Of a DNA stretch of 248,000 nt, positions 41,233 through 54,559 are shown in pieces (the first letter of the stretch is position 1; every line of letters begins with the position of its first letter). The notes beneath the pieces are model-generated. The model was not told where the DNA came from. It saw nothing but the letters and a program-made list of their open reading frames with translations, and did not search any database. The position numbers and the translations under genes were made by a program. Source of the stretch: Wallemia ichthyophaga EXF-994 (Eukaryota; Fungi; Basidiomycota); contig NW_008806281.1 in NCBI RefSeq assembly GCF_000400465.1, forward strand, positions 20,001-268,000. The letters are read 5' to 3'.

Positions 41233-42876
41233 ATGGATTCAAACGAAGTGATCACGCTTGATCACGCAGAGCCCAGCCATTCATCATCGCCGTTAAATAG
41301 ATTACAGCAGTCACCTTCACATTCCAGCCTCGGTGTTTCAAAGTTGCTGTCACTGCCCGCTATCAATCTCAGTCTACACTCGTCTATAGTGTTTCTACAT
41401 CCACGACTCAACGATAACAATGAGGACGATGATGGCAGTGTTAGTCTACCACCACCTTCTTCTGAAGATGAGGATGTTATCCGAGGTGTGGTTGAGCTTT
41501 ACCTGCCATCATCACGTAAAATACACGGGATAGAAGTTAGGTTAATTGGATCTCAATGTATTAACTTCCCGAGTGGTGCATACGAGACTTTTCCAGTTCT
41601 CGACAAGTTTGTCGAGATAGATAAGACTTATTTGGAGAAAGGCACGCATAAATTTGAGTTTTCAATTATTATTCCATCTTCAACGCCGGGGTATGAGAGG
41701 TGCGCCTATGGGCGGGTGTACTACTATGTACGAGCCAAAGCGATAAGTGCAGGACCGCTCGGATTTGATTTAACGGATTCGAGGGAGGTGCTACTCGTTA
41801 TTAACCCCAATCCTGAAGGAGAACCGAGTGGATTGAGCTGGCACCACGATCAGATAATCGACGGTCTTGGAGCTATGTCTATAGATGTAGAATCTACCCA
41901 TCTTACTATCGGCGGACCTGTTCATTTACGCCTCCACCTCCACGAACCACCAAAGGGCGCCACGTTGCATTGCATCAATGTGTCGTTGCTGCAATATATC
42001 ACTCTGCGCAATAGAGATAGGAGTAAGGAGGAGAAAGCACCGGCTGTAGCTGTGAAATTCTTTCAACTTGGTTCGAGGAAACACGAGCCACTGCTCAGTC
42101 CATATGAGGAAGTGGACGAGGATGGATGGAAGCATGAGTGGATAGGCAGACTACCTGACGACGACCACGCCCGTCCGAGCACAGTCAAGACCAACAAAAC
42201 ATCCATCATCATCTCACATCAGTTGCTAGTACAGATATTCGTCACACCGTCCAACCTAGACGGAGAGCACGTGCGCGATAAAGATGATAAATCGCAGATG
42301 AAAGTTATAAGCATACGTAGACCTATCTTCGCCAGTAGCTGCTGCGTGAGTCTCGACTCAATCACACTGCCCGCTTATGAAGAGGTTGCACCCAGTCAAG
42401 ATGTAATGTACGAGTGTGCATGTGGTCAGCCGTTGAAATCACTTATTGCTAAAGAAACAGCGGTACCGCAAACGGGATCGGGTGGGGTAATGTCAATGTC
42501 AAGTGGTGGCATGCATGGTGGTATGCCAGGCACATCTGATCTCAGTAATGCTCTGCTACCTATCGCACAGGAGCAGGAAGATGAAGAGAAGGCGAGACTG
42601 GCTAATGAAGATGGCAGACAGGGTAGAACTCATGCGCGATTCGCTGATAATTATGTTAGCAGACAGCAGTCGAGAGATAGCTCCCTTAATAGAAACACAC
42701 GCTCTAGGTCACGCCCTTCATCCATCACATCGCCATGTATAGAACCCTCACCGTCGTCACAGTCACTCTCACGTGAAGCTAGATCTAGATCAAGGAATTG
42801 GTTCAAGCGCGCCACTTCAAGATCTACCTCAAGAGCTAACAGTAGAGCTCCTTCACCGGCTAGACGTAATTCGTAA
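41233..42876 (+). CDS. arrestin-like protein
   Basis: GTHKFEFSIIIPSS...YGRVYYYVRA; LPAY motif. Confidence 0.7.
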   Translation: MDSNEVITLDHAEPSHSSSPLNRLQQSPSHSSLGVSKLLSLPAINLSLHSSIVFLHPRLNDNNEDDDGSVSLPPPSSEDEDVIRGVVELYLPSSRKIHGIEVRLIGSQCINFPSGAYETFPVLDKFVEIDKTYLEKGTHKFEFSIIIPSSTPGYERCAYGRVYYYVRAKAISAGPLGFDLTDSREVLLVINPNPEGEPSGLSWHHDQIIDGLGAMSIDVESTHLTIGGPVHLRLHLHEPPKGATLHCINVSLLQYITLRNRDRSKEEKAPAVAVKFFQLGSRKHEPLLSPYEEVDEDGWKHEWIGRLPDDDHARPSTVKTNKTSIIISHQLLVQIFVTPSNLDGEHVRDKDDKSQMKVISIRRPIFASSCCVSLDSITLPAYEEVAPSQDVMYECACGQPLKSLIAKETAVPQTGSGGVMSMSSGGMHGGMPGTSDLSNALLPIAQEQEDEEKARLANEDGRQGRTHARFADNYVSRQQSRDSSLNRNTRSRSRPSSITSPCIEPSPSSQSLSREARSRSRNWFKRATSRSTSRANSRAPSPARRNS

Positions 42877-43009
42877 AATGTATTTGTAGATTTTAGTTTA
42901 AATATCCACGCATAGCATATTGTAATGTAATCGTTTTACTCGAGTGCTATAGTCACTGTGGTATAGTAATGACTTGCATGCCTATCCACTGACAATTAGG
43001 TTCAAGGGA

Positions 43010-43824
43010 GTAAAAGTCATTGACGTGTCCAGGTTCAACGCAAACGAATTGATTCCAACCGTTTTTGTGCATATCTGACATATTCTTTGCGCTTTCCTGA
43101 GGAGTGTGTTAGAGAAAGACGGATGAAAGGCACTCCATCACCAACTTACACTCGGATTCCACACAACAGTGTCTGGAAAGTTGTGTTTGCGAATTTTAAC
43201 GCCATTTGAGAGTTGCAAGTGGTCGTTAGTAGAGAGGTATACCGAGTCAGTGAGATTGTTTGCATGAACAATATCGCGTGATTCGATCACTTTGTTACTT
43301 GAAGCTGTCTTATCGAGGTAAGTGGCACCATTCAATCCAATAACGCCGACGTTGTGTGGGTTAGCGAGGTGATAAGTGTGGAGTAGAGCCTGGAAGGGGA
43401 GAGACTGAGTGGATGAAGGGTTGTGGACGTGAAGGGTGGAGGTAAGTTGATGGGCGGAGAGAGTGACAGTGTAAGTGAGAGTAGCTGGAGGGAGTTGAGG
43501 AGGGGAGTTGAGTGATAGTTTGATAGAGACACCGTCGTCGGAGTCCATAATCGGGCCATCGTAAGACCAATTCGAAATACGGGCGTAACCGTGTTGAGGG
43601 AGTTGTTTGTAAGGGCCATCAGAGGGAGGTTTACCGAAAATAGGGAATGCAATTGGTATACCGCCTCTAATTGCTTTATTGGGTTGACAGTTGTTTGATA
43701 AGAATAAGAGTTGGTTACCGTGGGAGTCCTTAAAGGAGGTGATTGTGGCACCCAGTGTAGACACAGTGGTTGAGTTGCCGGTAGAATGAATTAAATGGAT
43801 TTTATCATTCTCAAGTGAAATCAT
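43010..43824 (-). CDS. D-hexose-6-phosphate mutarotase (aldose 1-epimerase family)
   Basis: AIRGGIPIAFPIFG, QHGYAR, QALLHTY, DTVVWNP. Confidence 0.92.
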
Positions 43825-43845
43825 TCTGATTCTTATTCAATTACA

Positions 43846-46433
43846 ATGGTGGTTGAAGATGAAGAAGTAAACAAAAAGCTGGGAATGTTGACAGTGGATG
43901 CACTAAAGAATATTATTAGAAGTTTAAATTCGCATTTAAAATTAAAACTCAGATTATCTGGCAATAAATCTGATTTCATTGATAGAATTGAGGACACTGT
44001 TGATCATTATAAGTTTAATAATAAAGCCAATTGGGATATTACAAGGGATATTATAACCCAGATTTTCAACACTGGTACTTATTCACGGCCTGCTAATGGT
44101 TCTGGTCCGAGGCAGCAACCACAGCAGCCACAGCAACCACAGCCACCAGTACAACCACAACCAAAACCACCTACACACCCTTCCCTCACCTGGAAAACAA
44201 ACCCCTTTCAATCCATTATCAAGCAAATTTCCCACGTCGCTGTCCTCAACGAAGCCAGAGACAGATCCCTTAGAAGTGCCCTATTGGAGTTTAAAATCCC
44301 ACCCGACTACTCCCAGCAACTTTATCAATCTAGAATTGTCCCCTCAAACCCCGTCCGTCATCAACTCAGAATCTACGCGGCTTCCTCTGACTTTTACAAG
44401 CCCCCCCTCTTCGATCAACCCCTCCCAATCGATTTTCCCGTTCTTTGCGACCTTAAAATTAACGGAAACCCTCTCAAATCAAACACAAGAGGCGTTAGGA
44501 ATCAACCTGGCACCGCTGCTCCTCCCAACGCTGATTCTGATAAATCCCTTCGCATCTCTCCAAACGCTTCAAACACCCTTGAAGTCGTTTATAGAGATAC
44601 TAACAAGAAACATTACATTGTCATTAACCTCGTCGAGCAATACAGTTGTGATCATTTGGTTAACTTGGTTAAACAGCAACCTCAAATTCCTTCTTCTGAT
44701 GTCTTAGATAAGTGTAAGTGAAGATTGTCACCCCACTCCATCCATCTCTTAGCCCTTTCACAGACCGTTCAATGCAAGATAACGACGATGTCGTCGCAGG
44801 TGCTTCCACACTCAGCTTGAAATGTCCCATCGGTTTCTTCAGAATGAACACTCCAATACGTCCAACCTCCTCTCAATCTCTTCAATGTTTCGATGCCATG
44901 TCCTTCTTTTCTATCAACGAGCAACTACCAACTTTCACCGACCCTTCATCAAAGAAACCAATCAAGTTCAACGATCTTGCAGTCGATCAATACACGTACG
45001 ACATACTCCAAGCCATCCCACAAGATTACGGTAGTGTGATTGTTGAACCAGACGCTGAATGGCACACTGAAGATGGCAAATACGGTTCAGATGCATGGAT
45101 GGCTGCAAAATTGGCTAATAACACATCTCATCCTTCTCACGACAAGCAGTCAACTGACAAGTCAGAAAGTTTAATCAAATCGGGTAAAAAGGTTAAAAAG
45201 GAAAAATCTGCTGAAATTCTTAACCTTTCCAGTGACGATGAGGAGACTGATCATAGTGCTGTTGCCGCTGGTTCGTCTAATCAACCACCTTCAATCACTC
45301 CCCAGTCACGTCAAAAGCTGCCAAAACAACAGGTCATTGATTTGACACTGTCGTCAGATGATGAGGGTGATCAAAGGGTGAATCCAAACAATACTGGTGA
45401 TGAAACTCGAGATACTACAAACACCCAAGATACAACCAACACTCAACATACTCCCAAAGCCCAAGATCCTGCTCAAGAAACAACCGCTCACAACTCCCTC
45501 AAGAGGAATAGAGAAGAGGAAGAGGAGAGTGCGAATGAGTGTGAAAAGAGGAGGCTGATTGAAAATGGTAATGCGGTTAGTGTGACTGAGAATGGTAATG
45601 GTGGTGTTGGTGGTGGTACTAATGCAGTTACACCAAATCCATCGAGCAATTTGCAGTCGCCAGCAGTAATTGAAAGACCACCTAGTGCAACACAAGATAT
45701 CCCACCAGCAATACAGCAAGCACAAGAAGAAATGCCATCACAGAGCAATACGCATATACAAAATGAGGTGCCTCTCAATCAACCAGAAAGGTCACCAAGT
45801 GTGCAAAAGTATAGATCCCAGAGCGATGTGCAAGATACGCCACATTACAATAACAGTCCCAGTAATATTCACAGTCTTAATAATCTGCCAGAAAGGCCAC
45901 TGGGCAATCCACCTGTCAGACACGTATCAGCACCACAAACTTCCTCTATTTCGTCGCTGGTATTGCCAAATTCTGGCCCACCAGGAGCAGCACCAGCAGC
46001 ACCATCACCGCCACGACCATTGACACCACAACTCCAATCTAGGAACTCGAGTATTGCGACTATGACAAGGCCGTCAATTAGCTACCAGCAACCCCAACCA
46101 TATAGACCATACTCAATTGCTGGTTTGGCACATACGCAGCATCCACCGCTGGATATGACAGCCCAGACGGCACAAGAGCCAATACATCAACCTATACATC
46201 AGCCTCGATTCGGCGGTTTACAACCCATACTAAATACTCAAGTTCCGCAAGTATCGCAAGTACCACAAGTGCCGCAAGCACCCCAATCTCCGCAAGTACC
46301 ACAAGCTCCGCAAGCTCACCACGGACTTCCCCTGCCTAGACCGACATACGCTAAACCTCCTACGAATCCAATCTACAGACCACCGTCGCAACGCAACGGC
46401 AATGGCAGCGCTAGCAACTACAAGACGTGGTAG
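43846..46433 (+). CDS. SIZ1: SIZ/PIAS SUMO E3 ligase (PINIT + atypical SP-RING)
   Basis: LSGNKSDFI, PINIT-like region, LSLKCP...QCFDA. Confidence 0.85.
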
Positions 46434-46539
46434 TGGTAGCGTTTCAGCGTGTTAGCGCGTCTGAGCAAATAACACGTCTAATTATTTAATTCCTTTGTTG
46501 TATTGTAGCTGTAAATGATAAGCTTATCGGTTGACGGTC

Positions 46540-49500
46540 ATGTTCGATTCATTCCCCGATATATTTGGTGGTAACGGTAGTGGCGGCGGCGGCGGCAGTG
46601 GCAGCAGTAGACACAAAGACGAAAGAAAAGCGAGAAATAGAGATGAAGATACACGCAGGCAGAGAAGGCACAGCGATAGAGATAGAGACAGGCAGCGGCG
46701 TAAGAGGAGGGAACTAGAGCGATACAATGAGGATTACGACAATAATCGATCGATTTCAAATACCACCGACTTCCGCCCACCAAAGCTCACTCACGACGAT
46801 AAGCGTTTCTTCTACACAAGCTCATTTCCTGAGAATAACCTTCTTCTTCTTGAGGGTCCTGAAATATCTACCATTCCGCGATATCGACGCTCTGGGCGTG
46901 AGTTTACTTACGGAGTTTCTGTCATGGTGCGTATGTGCTAACAATGCAATCCAACAGGCGGAAGAGTACTAGGCTTGCCTAGAGATATGCGCATTAGTGA
47001 AAAGGTGCATTACACGACGCGCAACATTATCCTCCCGTCTTCCAATGCATTGCGATCGCTGCGATCATCCAAGACACGTATGCCTGCACCCGAAAGCGAC
47101 GTGAGGCGGATAAGGTGTTCGAATAGTGACCTAAAAACAGGAGATGATTTCGTACCTGTTGTAAGTGATCGCAGGAAGGCTAAAGAACGAGAGGCGCATC
47201 AACGTGGCTTCCTCACGCTCGATGTGGACTATAGGGGAGTGAAAGGACCCTCAAAACCTGGCGCTATCGATGAGGATGTACACCCTTCTTACAGCGATGA
47301 CAGTAGCGAAGAAGACTCCAACAACACAAGGTACAACGACACACTCAACAAACGAATCGAATGGGATAGATATCTCAAAGCCTCCCCACAAGACGTGCAG
47401 GGTTGGTTGGATTATGTTGATTTTCAAAGCGATATTGTCACCCATCAGCATAACGAATTCAATAGAAAAACTGCTCAGAACGTCGTCTTGGATTTACAAT
47501 ACCAGGTGCTCGACAAGGCGCTCTCGCATCAGCCGCGCAATTTGGATCTAGTCGTAAAGAAGCTGCAATGCGGTGCGAAGGGATCGCGCGAGGGTTTGGG
47601 AAAAGATTTCAGAATTGCCATTCACAACCACAAAGGCAAGCCTGGTGTGTATAGAATATGGAAAGCTTACATAGACTACGCTCAATGTTACGCTTCAATC
47701 ATAGCACCTGGGGAATTATTCCCTAATGAGTACGACAGCTTGTGCTCATTCGAGATTGTGTCCAGGATTTATATGGACGCTTTTCGTGATTTGATTGATA
47801 TGTCTGATCTGACTCATCTGGCTGATATTGCAGCTGAAGACAACCTTCTTCAACTCTTCTTCAGATACTGCTCATTCCTCTTAAGCGCAGGATACACTGA
47901 ACGTGTATACTCCCTTTACCAAGCAATGTTTGAACTTAATTTTAGAGGCGTCCATCTGAACAAGCTTGGTGAGCTGTGGTATGACTACAAGTATAGGCGT
48001 GTTGGGGACGAGCTGACTGATGCTGAGGACGTTTATCAATTAGAGTACCCCACACACCCCAACTTTCAGCTGGAGGAGTGGCATGAGTACGAGAAATTCA
48101 ACGATGACATTGACAACGCTTTCCCTGTCGCTGGCGAGCAGAATAATAGTGATGATCCGTTTAGGAATGTTATATGGGAAGTTGACTTGTTACCATACCT
48201 GTTCAGCCTGCGTGGCTATAGCAGCAGAATGAGGCTAGCTGATAGCTTGCTAAATGTCTTTGGTATAGGTGTTGCTCTTAGCGGGTTGAACACGAATCAC
48301 CCTCTTCTCCATGACTCCCTGTTGCAGGGATCATCCAATTACAACGAGTTTTTTGAAGATAGCAGTCACTTATCCTTCAATCAACCGCAATACGTCAACA
48401 CACTCTTCCCATTCAGTGATTGTCCAACTATAATTCACAACGAGCATTTGGGAAATTTGCAGAGGATTATAGATGATTTGGGCATAACACATTTACAGAT
48501 GTTGCTATGTAAAGACGACAATCGCAAACTCAAACACTTGCTCGCGGCAAACCCTGACAAAAAGGATCTATACGATATATACGCAAGGATCCAATACGGC
48601 AAGGGTAAAATAGAAGCTGCTAGAAAGGTCTACAGCGAATGTCTGAAAGGTACAGGTGATGATGAGACCAACAAAGTCAAATTATGCTACAGTTGGTCGC
48701 ATATGGAGTTGGTGCAAGGTAATCGGAATGCTGCTCTGAATGTCTTGTGTGATGGTATTACCGTTGGAGTCGTCGATGATGGTGAGTTAGGTGATAGGCT
48801 GGTATTGATTATCCTGACTAAAACGTCTTAAGTCACTAGAGAGCAGAGTTCAATTAACATACTTAAAGCTCGCAAATTGTGGTCTTCGCAAGATTCATCA
48901 GCAGCTTTTGAGGCTGTCAGCTGTCGTGCTCTGTTTGAACTTCTCGTCAGCAGCTCGGTAGATAAAGCCGTGTCTATTTATGAGGAGTCACTGAAAAATC
49001 TTGACAAGCCATCATACGCTCATGAAGTGCTAACGTCGGAGCTGGTGCGTTTTGTTGATGCGCTAGATAAGTTGCATGACGCAGATAGATCTGTGCAGTT
49101 ACCATCGACCAGCACCACAAAGCGTATACTTAGAGGCGCTATCAGTGAATATCCCTACAATAGCTTCTTTAGCTACTCATACTACACTGCCAAAACTAAG
49201 CTCGATGGATATAGGCAGCTGTTTGACGAAGAAGTAGCCGAGAATGCACATTCGGTGGTTTACATACAAGCCGTGATGAACATTATGGATAAGAAAAGAG
49301 TTAGCAATACATCCTTGTTGAATCGGGTGAGGAGGGTGTTTACGATGGGCACTCTATCGCAGGATGCGCAACACTCTGTCGCGCTTTGGAAGCTATACTT
49401 TCAGTTCGAGTGGCATGTTGCAAGCGATTATAAGTTAGCCGAGCAGGTGATAATCAACAGTCTTAGATATTGCCCGTGGTCGAAACAGCTCCACATGCTG

Positions 49501-49698
49501 CTCTTCGATCTGTCCAACAAGACTCAAGTGGAGAGCCATTTGCTGCAGGTGCTCACGCTTATGGATAAATATGGCATGCGGCTCCGTATTGACCCTTCGC
49601 CATATATTAGGCGAGCTGTTGAGTTGGAGATTAGCAAAGGTGAGGGATTGCATGTGGAGCCATTGAGCGAAAATAGTGATGAAGAAATGTTCATGTAG
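46540..49698 (+). CDS. NRDE2-like (DUF1740) HAT-repeat protein
   Basis: PQDVQGWLDYVDFQ, GYTERVYSLYQAMFE, DPFRNV, CPWSKQL. Confidence 0.8.
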
Positions 49699-49724
49699 AA
49701 ATCCATTCATTTGATGCGCATATT

Positions 49725-50400
49725 TCACAGCGCTATCCCACCTTCGACTGCGTAATAGCCTTCTGGTGTTGTGGTTCCGACTGCGGCAATTTCGATGCGC
49801 TCAAAAGGGTATGGACCACCAATGTTCAAATCTCCGAGAGACTTTTGCACGCTGCTGTAGGAAAAATTTGGCCTCTTCAGCTTCTTCTGCGTGCTTGATG
49901 TTTTTAGAATTGTGCAATGCAACTAGGAGATAGATTAGATGTTTTGTATTTCGATTAGTTGACCCACAGTAGGCGGACCTGTATCGCTAAGCAAACCCTC
50001 TTCTCTGAATTTCTTCCTCACAATCCCCGACACTATGTCTAGAATACCGTTCTCAGACGGCCTATAGTAGAGGACGCGTGCATTATCCTCATTAGGGAAG
50101 CATCCCAGATTGTTCATATGTATAAGGTTGTTATGTGATAGCAATTTGATGATGTCGGGTTTGAGCGAATCAAGCAGAGCGATCGCCGTGGGTATGGTGG
50201 TTTCAGATAAGCGCAACAGTCCTAATGTGAAGTGAAGCTTAGTCGATTTTACGAAGTCCTCCTCTTTGATGCCGTCTATCTCGACTTGGATAAGTTTCGC
50301 TCGTATCTGGTTGAGACGTGGCCGAATGGATGTCAATCTGGTCTATTGTCTTGTTACATAGGTGCACCGATACACCAACTACCTACCAACGGTACGCTTA
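49725..50400 (-). CDS. AKAP7/ASCC1-like 2H phosphoesterase
   Basis: KLHFTLGLLRL (HxT motif). Confidence 0.7.
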
Positions 50401-50752
50401 TAAAATGAGTAGGCTTCAGATCTTTACTTTGGGGCATGAGGAGTGACGGAAATAACTTAGAATTAGGCTGGATTTGTGATTATATAGGACAGTTTCCTCA
50501 ATTTTTTGGAATCAGCTCACGCTCTTTGCTGACTGCTTCCTTTTCGTCGGAAGTCTACCGGAAACTTCCGTAAATGTATAATAAATTAAGAAGTATGTAA
50601 TATGCATTTGATAGTAAGGCAGCGTTAATTTTGTAGCTTTAAAAAATGTCCATATTAAATTTGAAAGAGGAACCATAACTGGCTGAAAAATTGAGCAATA
50701 TGTATTCAAATATTTTTGTTTTTAATTGAGTGTTTCTCGCTACGGTTATCAA

Positions 50753-50825
50753 GCCTTGCTAGCTCAATCGGTAGAGCGTGTGACTCTTAATCACAAGGCT
50801 GCGGGTTCGAGCCCCGCGTGGGGCT
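50753..50825 (+). tRNA. tRNA-Lys(CTT)
   Basis: Identical to copy at 29228. Confidence 0.97.
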
Positions 50826-51014
50826 AATATTTTTGCAGTCCACAAAATTATCGGAAAACATTCAATATGATATATTCAAGGCAGCCTATGTTATTTATAG
50901 TCAAAAAAAGTTATTTTTAGAGTGATGATATTTGCTTAATTAGTAGTCCAACTCAGACTACGCTACGTTTGATCATGATGAATGACTCTTGATTAAGGCC
51001 GTGATCTTTAAGAA

Positions 51015-52946
51015 ATGATAAATGAAATTCCCGAGGAAACAATTAAAGCGAGAAAGCACGAGCTAATGCAAAGATTACTTCTACATCATAAGAGTCTGTT
51101 CAGTTGCCGTCAGTGCAGTCATTTCAATTGCATAACGTTCAACCGCAATCCTCGTCTGTCGCCATCTCACGGAGCCTTTCTCTGCTCTTGCATGTATATT
51201 CGCGATGATTGCCAATGCTTAAGTTTTCAAGACGTCGATGTATTGCTTCAGAAGGCAGAGAGGATGGGACTAATCTCAGTGCCGCGAAATGTGAGTACAG
51301 GGACTATTAGCCTAGTATATTATTTTTTTGACATTGTTTAGGGCATATTCAATGTCCAAAGCAATGGTCAAGCCAGTACTTCGAGAAATGTTATCGATGA
51401 AAGCCAAACAGCGCCACAGTTGCAATTACAGCAGAAAGAAGAGCAACAGCTACAACAGCAACCACAACAACAACCACAAGTACAGACACCATCGCGGGCA
51501 AATGACACGAGCAATCACAGAAGGGACATCCTCAGTATGACAACTCAAAAGATCCCCGATGAATTGAACGCCGCCAACATAAAACGTCTACAAATTACGA
51601 TAGAGAAGGGCATTATTCCAATCGTACAGGATTCGGTTTTGCCTATCATTAAGCGATACGTTCATAAACACGGCGAGAATTATCATTCGCAAGGCAACAC
51701 CTTATTTACAGAAATCTTCACCATAGTAAACGACCTTATCACACCCATGATCCAATCAACGATGGAGAAAGTGAGCGCTCAGCACATTACTCAACTGGTA
51801 TCGAATTCCATCAATACTACGATTTCTACCTGTTATTTGGACAACATCGACTCTAATGGTGTGGATTTCTTACATAATACTCATAAAATGCGCCATCAAA
51901 ATCAATTAAATCAACAAAGTGCGATTAATGCACAAAACAACGGCCTACAGTCAACCTGGTTGAGCAGTACAAGAAGTACCCCCTCTAAGCAGGATCAACG
52001 CAAACGTACTCGCAGAAGTAATGAGAATGATGAGCAGATTGCTGACGCCAATTCGAAACAAAATGATAATGACGAAGTGCACTTTCTCTCACACTCCAAA
52101 AACACATCTCCAATCAGTCAAGAGGTCCTTAAGAGTCTTTCAGATTTCAGAAATCATCTAGAGAAAAACATCAGAAGTAACATAGATATAGTCAAACAAC
52201 AGGAGTTGCACACCAGTAAACTCAAGGAACTCGAACATGTTTCCCGAACCTTGAACATTCGAACCAGTGCTACTCAAGAGTGGCGTAGCCAAACACAAAC
52301 ATGCATAGAGAGGTTGAGCCGAAATGAGCTAAGTATTAAGAATGCATCTAGAGCATTTGATAATATGACAGCTCGAATGGACGCCATGAATCTTCAATTG
52401 ACACAAGTGGATCAGCGTCAGTCGACATTAAGACGCACAGATTCCAATCAAGCGCAAGGTGACACCGAAAATTTCAAAATAAGTGCCATCGAAAATCTTT
52501 TGGAAAAGATGGGTGAGCGAATAACCTCAATCGAGAATACAAAAGTGGCCATAGGCGGGACGAAGCTGCAGAGCGCCGCAGAAAGCAGAAGCTCGACTCC
52601 TCAGCAGCAAGAAAAAGGGCTGGAGGACAGGCTGATGAAGAAGATTAGCAGTCTAGAGGAAAAGGTGAAGGAAAAGATTATCGAAATCAGACGAGACGCA
52701 AGCCAGCAGCAAGAAGATTTACACAAAAATCTTCTTGAGATGGTGCAAGCGAAGCTTAAGGAGCACTTTGCTGGTATAGACGAATCTAACAGCGGATTTC
52801 AGGACAAGCTGCAATCTCTTCGCGATGAACTGAAAGAATCAATTTTTGAGACGTTTGAGATCCAGAGGGAGAACAGCAGTAAGCAAGAAAGGAGAATAGC
52901 CGATCTTGAAATTGCGCTGAATAAATCATATGAACAAAGCTGGTAA
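51015..52946 (+). CDS. hypothetical protein, Cys-rich N-terminus, Q-rich/coiled-coil C-terminus
   Basis: ORFs 51015 and 51420 joinable by an intron. Confidence 0.5.
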
Positions 52947-53112
52947 TAGAGGTGGTAACTTCAGAAAGTTGTAATTTTATATTTATGCTTGCTTTTTTGA
53001 AAGAGAGTACGTGGTCTTTTTGGCATGATTGATAGTGACGCGTTTGACATTACAAAACCATATCGTTTTTAACTTTGTGGAAGCAAAAATATTCAAAACT
53101 TTAGTTAGTAAA

Positions 53113-53215
53113 AGCTTTCGGCCGGAATCGAACCGGCGACCTCCGCGGAGCAACTAATCATCTCAGTAGATGAGCCGATGTTAACACGGCGCTATAACCC
53201 CTAAGCCACGAAAGC
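53113..53215 (-). tRNA. tRNA-Val(AAC) with 30-nt intron
   Basis: GCTTTCG/CGAAAGC acceptor, CCGTG TTAACA[intron]C CGCGG, GGTTCGATTCC. Confidence 0.9.
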
Positions 53216-53279
53216 GATGGTTATGGAGTACATTTTGCTATATAGCATGTTTGTTTTCCAATCTCGATACAATCCAAAA

Positions 53280-54527
53280 AAATGAAAGTTTGAAAATAAC
53301 CTGAAGGAGATGGAAACCATATTACCCTATCCTTTCGTGCCGTGGGTACCTGCAACACTAAGCTTTTCACAAGCAGAGAATAAGGAACGAGCAAAAGCAG
53401 AGAATATGGAATTATGCAATCAGTACAATATGTCATGGTACATCTACACAGATGGATCTCTAGCTTAGGGGCAAGTTGCGCCAGGCTATGCAGCTAAGCT
53501 TCCACACAGACGAGACTGGTTTAGCTCATCATACAAACGGGGTCCTGACAGCAAATTCACAATTTACGAAGCAGAGTTATTGGGAGTATATCTCGCTTTA
53601 GAATGGATCGAGGAAGAGTTGATACCGCCAGTAGTCTTTATCAATAGCGACAGTCAGGCGGTACTTTCGGAGATCGTTCAATTGCAATCAACAAAGACAG
53701 GCCAATATTTGATAAAACCAGTCCTTGACAAAATTGATTGGATTAAACGAACGAAGGGAAAAAGACTTTGTTGTCCAATTAAACTGGATCCCACGACATG
53801 TGGATATTTACGGTAACGAACTAGCGGACAGAACCGCTAACGAGGGTTGGACACGGCCGACCCACCGGACTATGTGGAGTCAACTAACACTCAAAACTTC
53901 ATACTCTGCAATGCGACGCAGAATGCGCGAGCGCTATACAGCATCCCTAAAAGTAGAAGCCTCCAAAATATCAGACATTAAGTCCAACGCCGCAAAAACA
54001 TCAGCTGGAAGGCTGACAGCAGCAAAAACGGCCAAGATATTCAATGAACTGCCCAGAGCAACGAGATGCCTAGCCACCCAGCTACGGTCAGGGCATTACC
54101 CTACGACTAAGTCTTACCGTTACCGGTTCCGACTGATTGATTCACCTAAATGCCGTGCATGTGGCACAGAGGACAACATCTCCCATAGAATCTTCATATG
54201 CAGAAAACATACAATGACCAGAATCACGTTAAGAAGAAAGATTACCAAGATCAATATTCAGTTCGACTTAGGTCCAATACTCAGAAACGCACACTCTATT
54301 CAAGTCCTTTACGAGTTCTTCAAACCGCAATTAAATACGTACCAAAGATACTTCGGTGGTTCAGTGTAATTGAGAACCACCACCAATTTACATATTACGA
54401 CGCTAGTCAAGAAACGCTTCCAGTAAATTCGGAACCCCCTTTGACTCCTCATGCTTTAAGAAGTATTGATGGATGCAGTTTATAACATGTATCGTCTTAA
54501 AATATAATCAGATTTCATCATCATCAT
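53280..54527 (+). mobile_element. 5'-truncated non-LTR retrotransposon (family A): RNase H + zinc knuckle, (CAT)n tail
   Basis: YTDGS, TIYEAELLG, INSDSQA, WIPRHVDIYGNELAD; CRACGTEDNISHRIFIC; one stop and one frameshift; ends CATCATCATCAT. Confidence 0.9.
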
Positions 54528-54559
54528 ACCCCGTCGGACGTTTATCTTTGGACGGCACG

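Noticed and set aside
50340-50752. LINE remnant upstream of tRNA-Lys 50753
   Set aside because: Only an 11-nt match (GCATGAGGAGT) to the family A 3' UTR; too short to call
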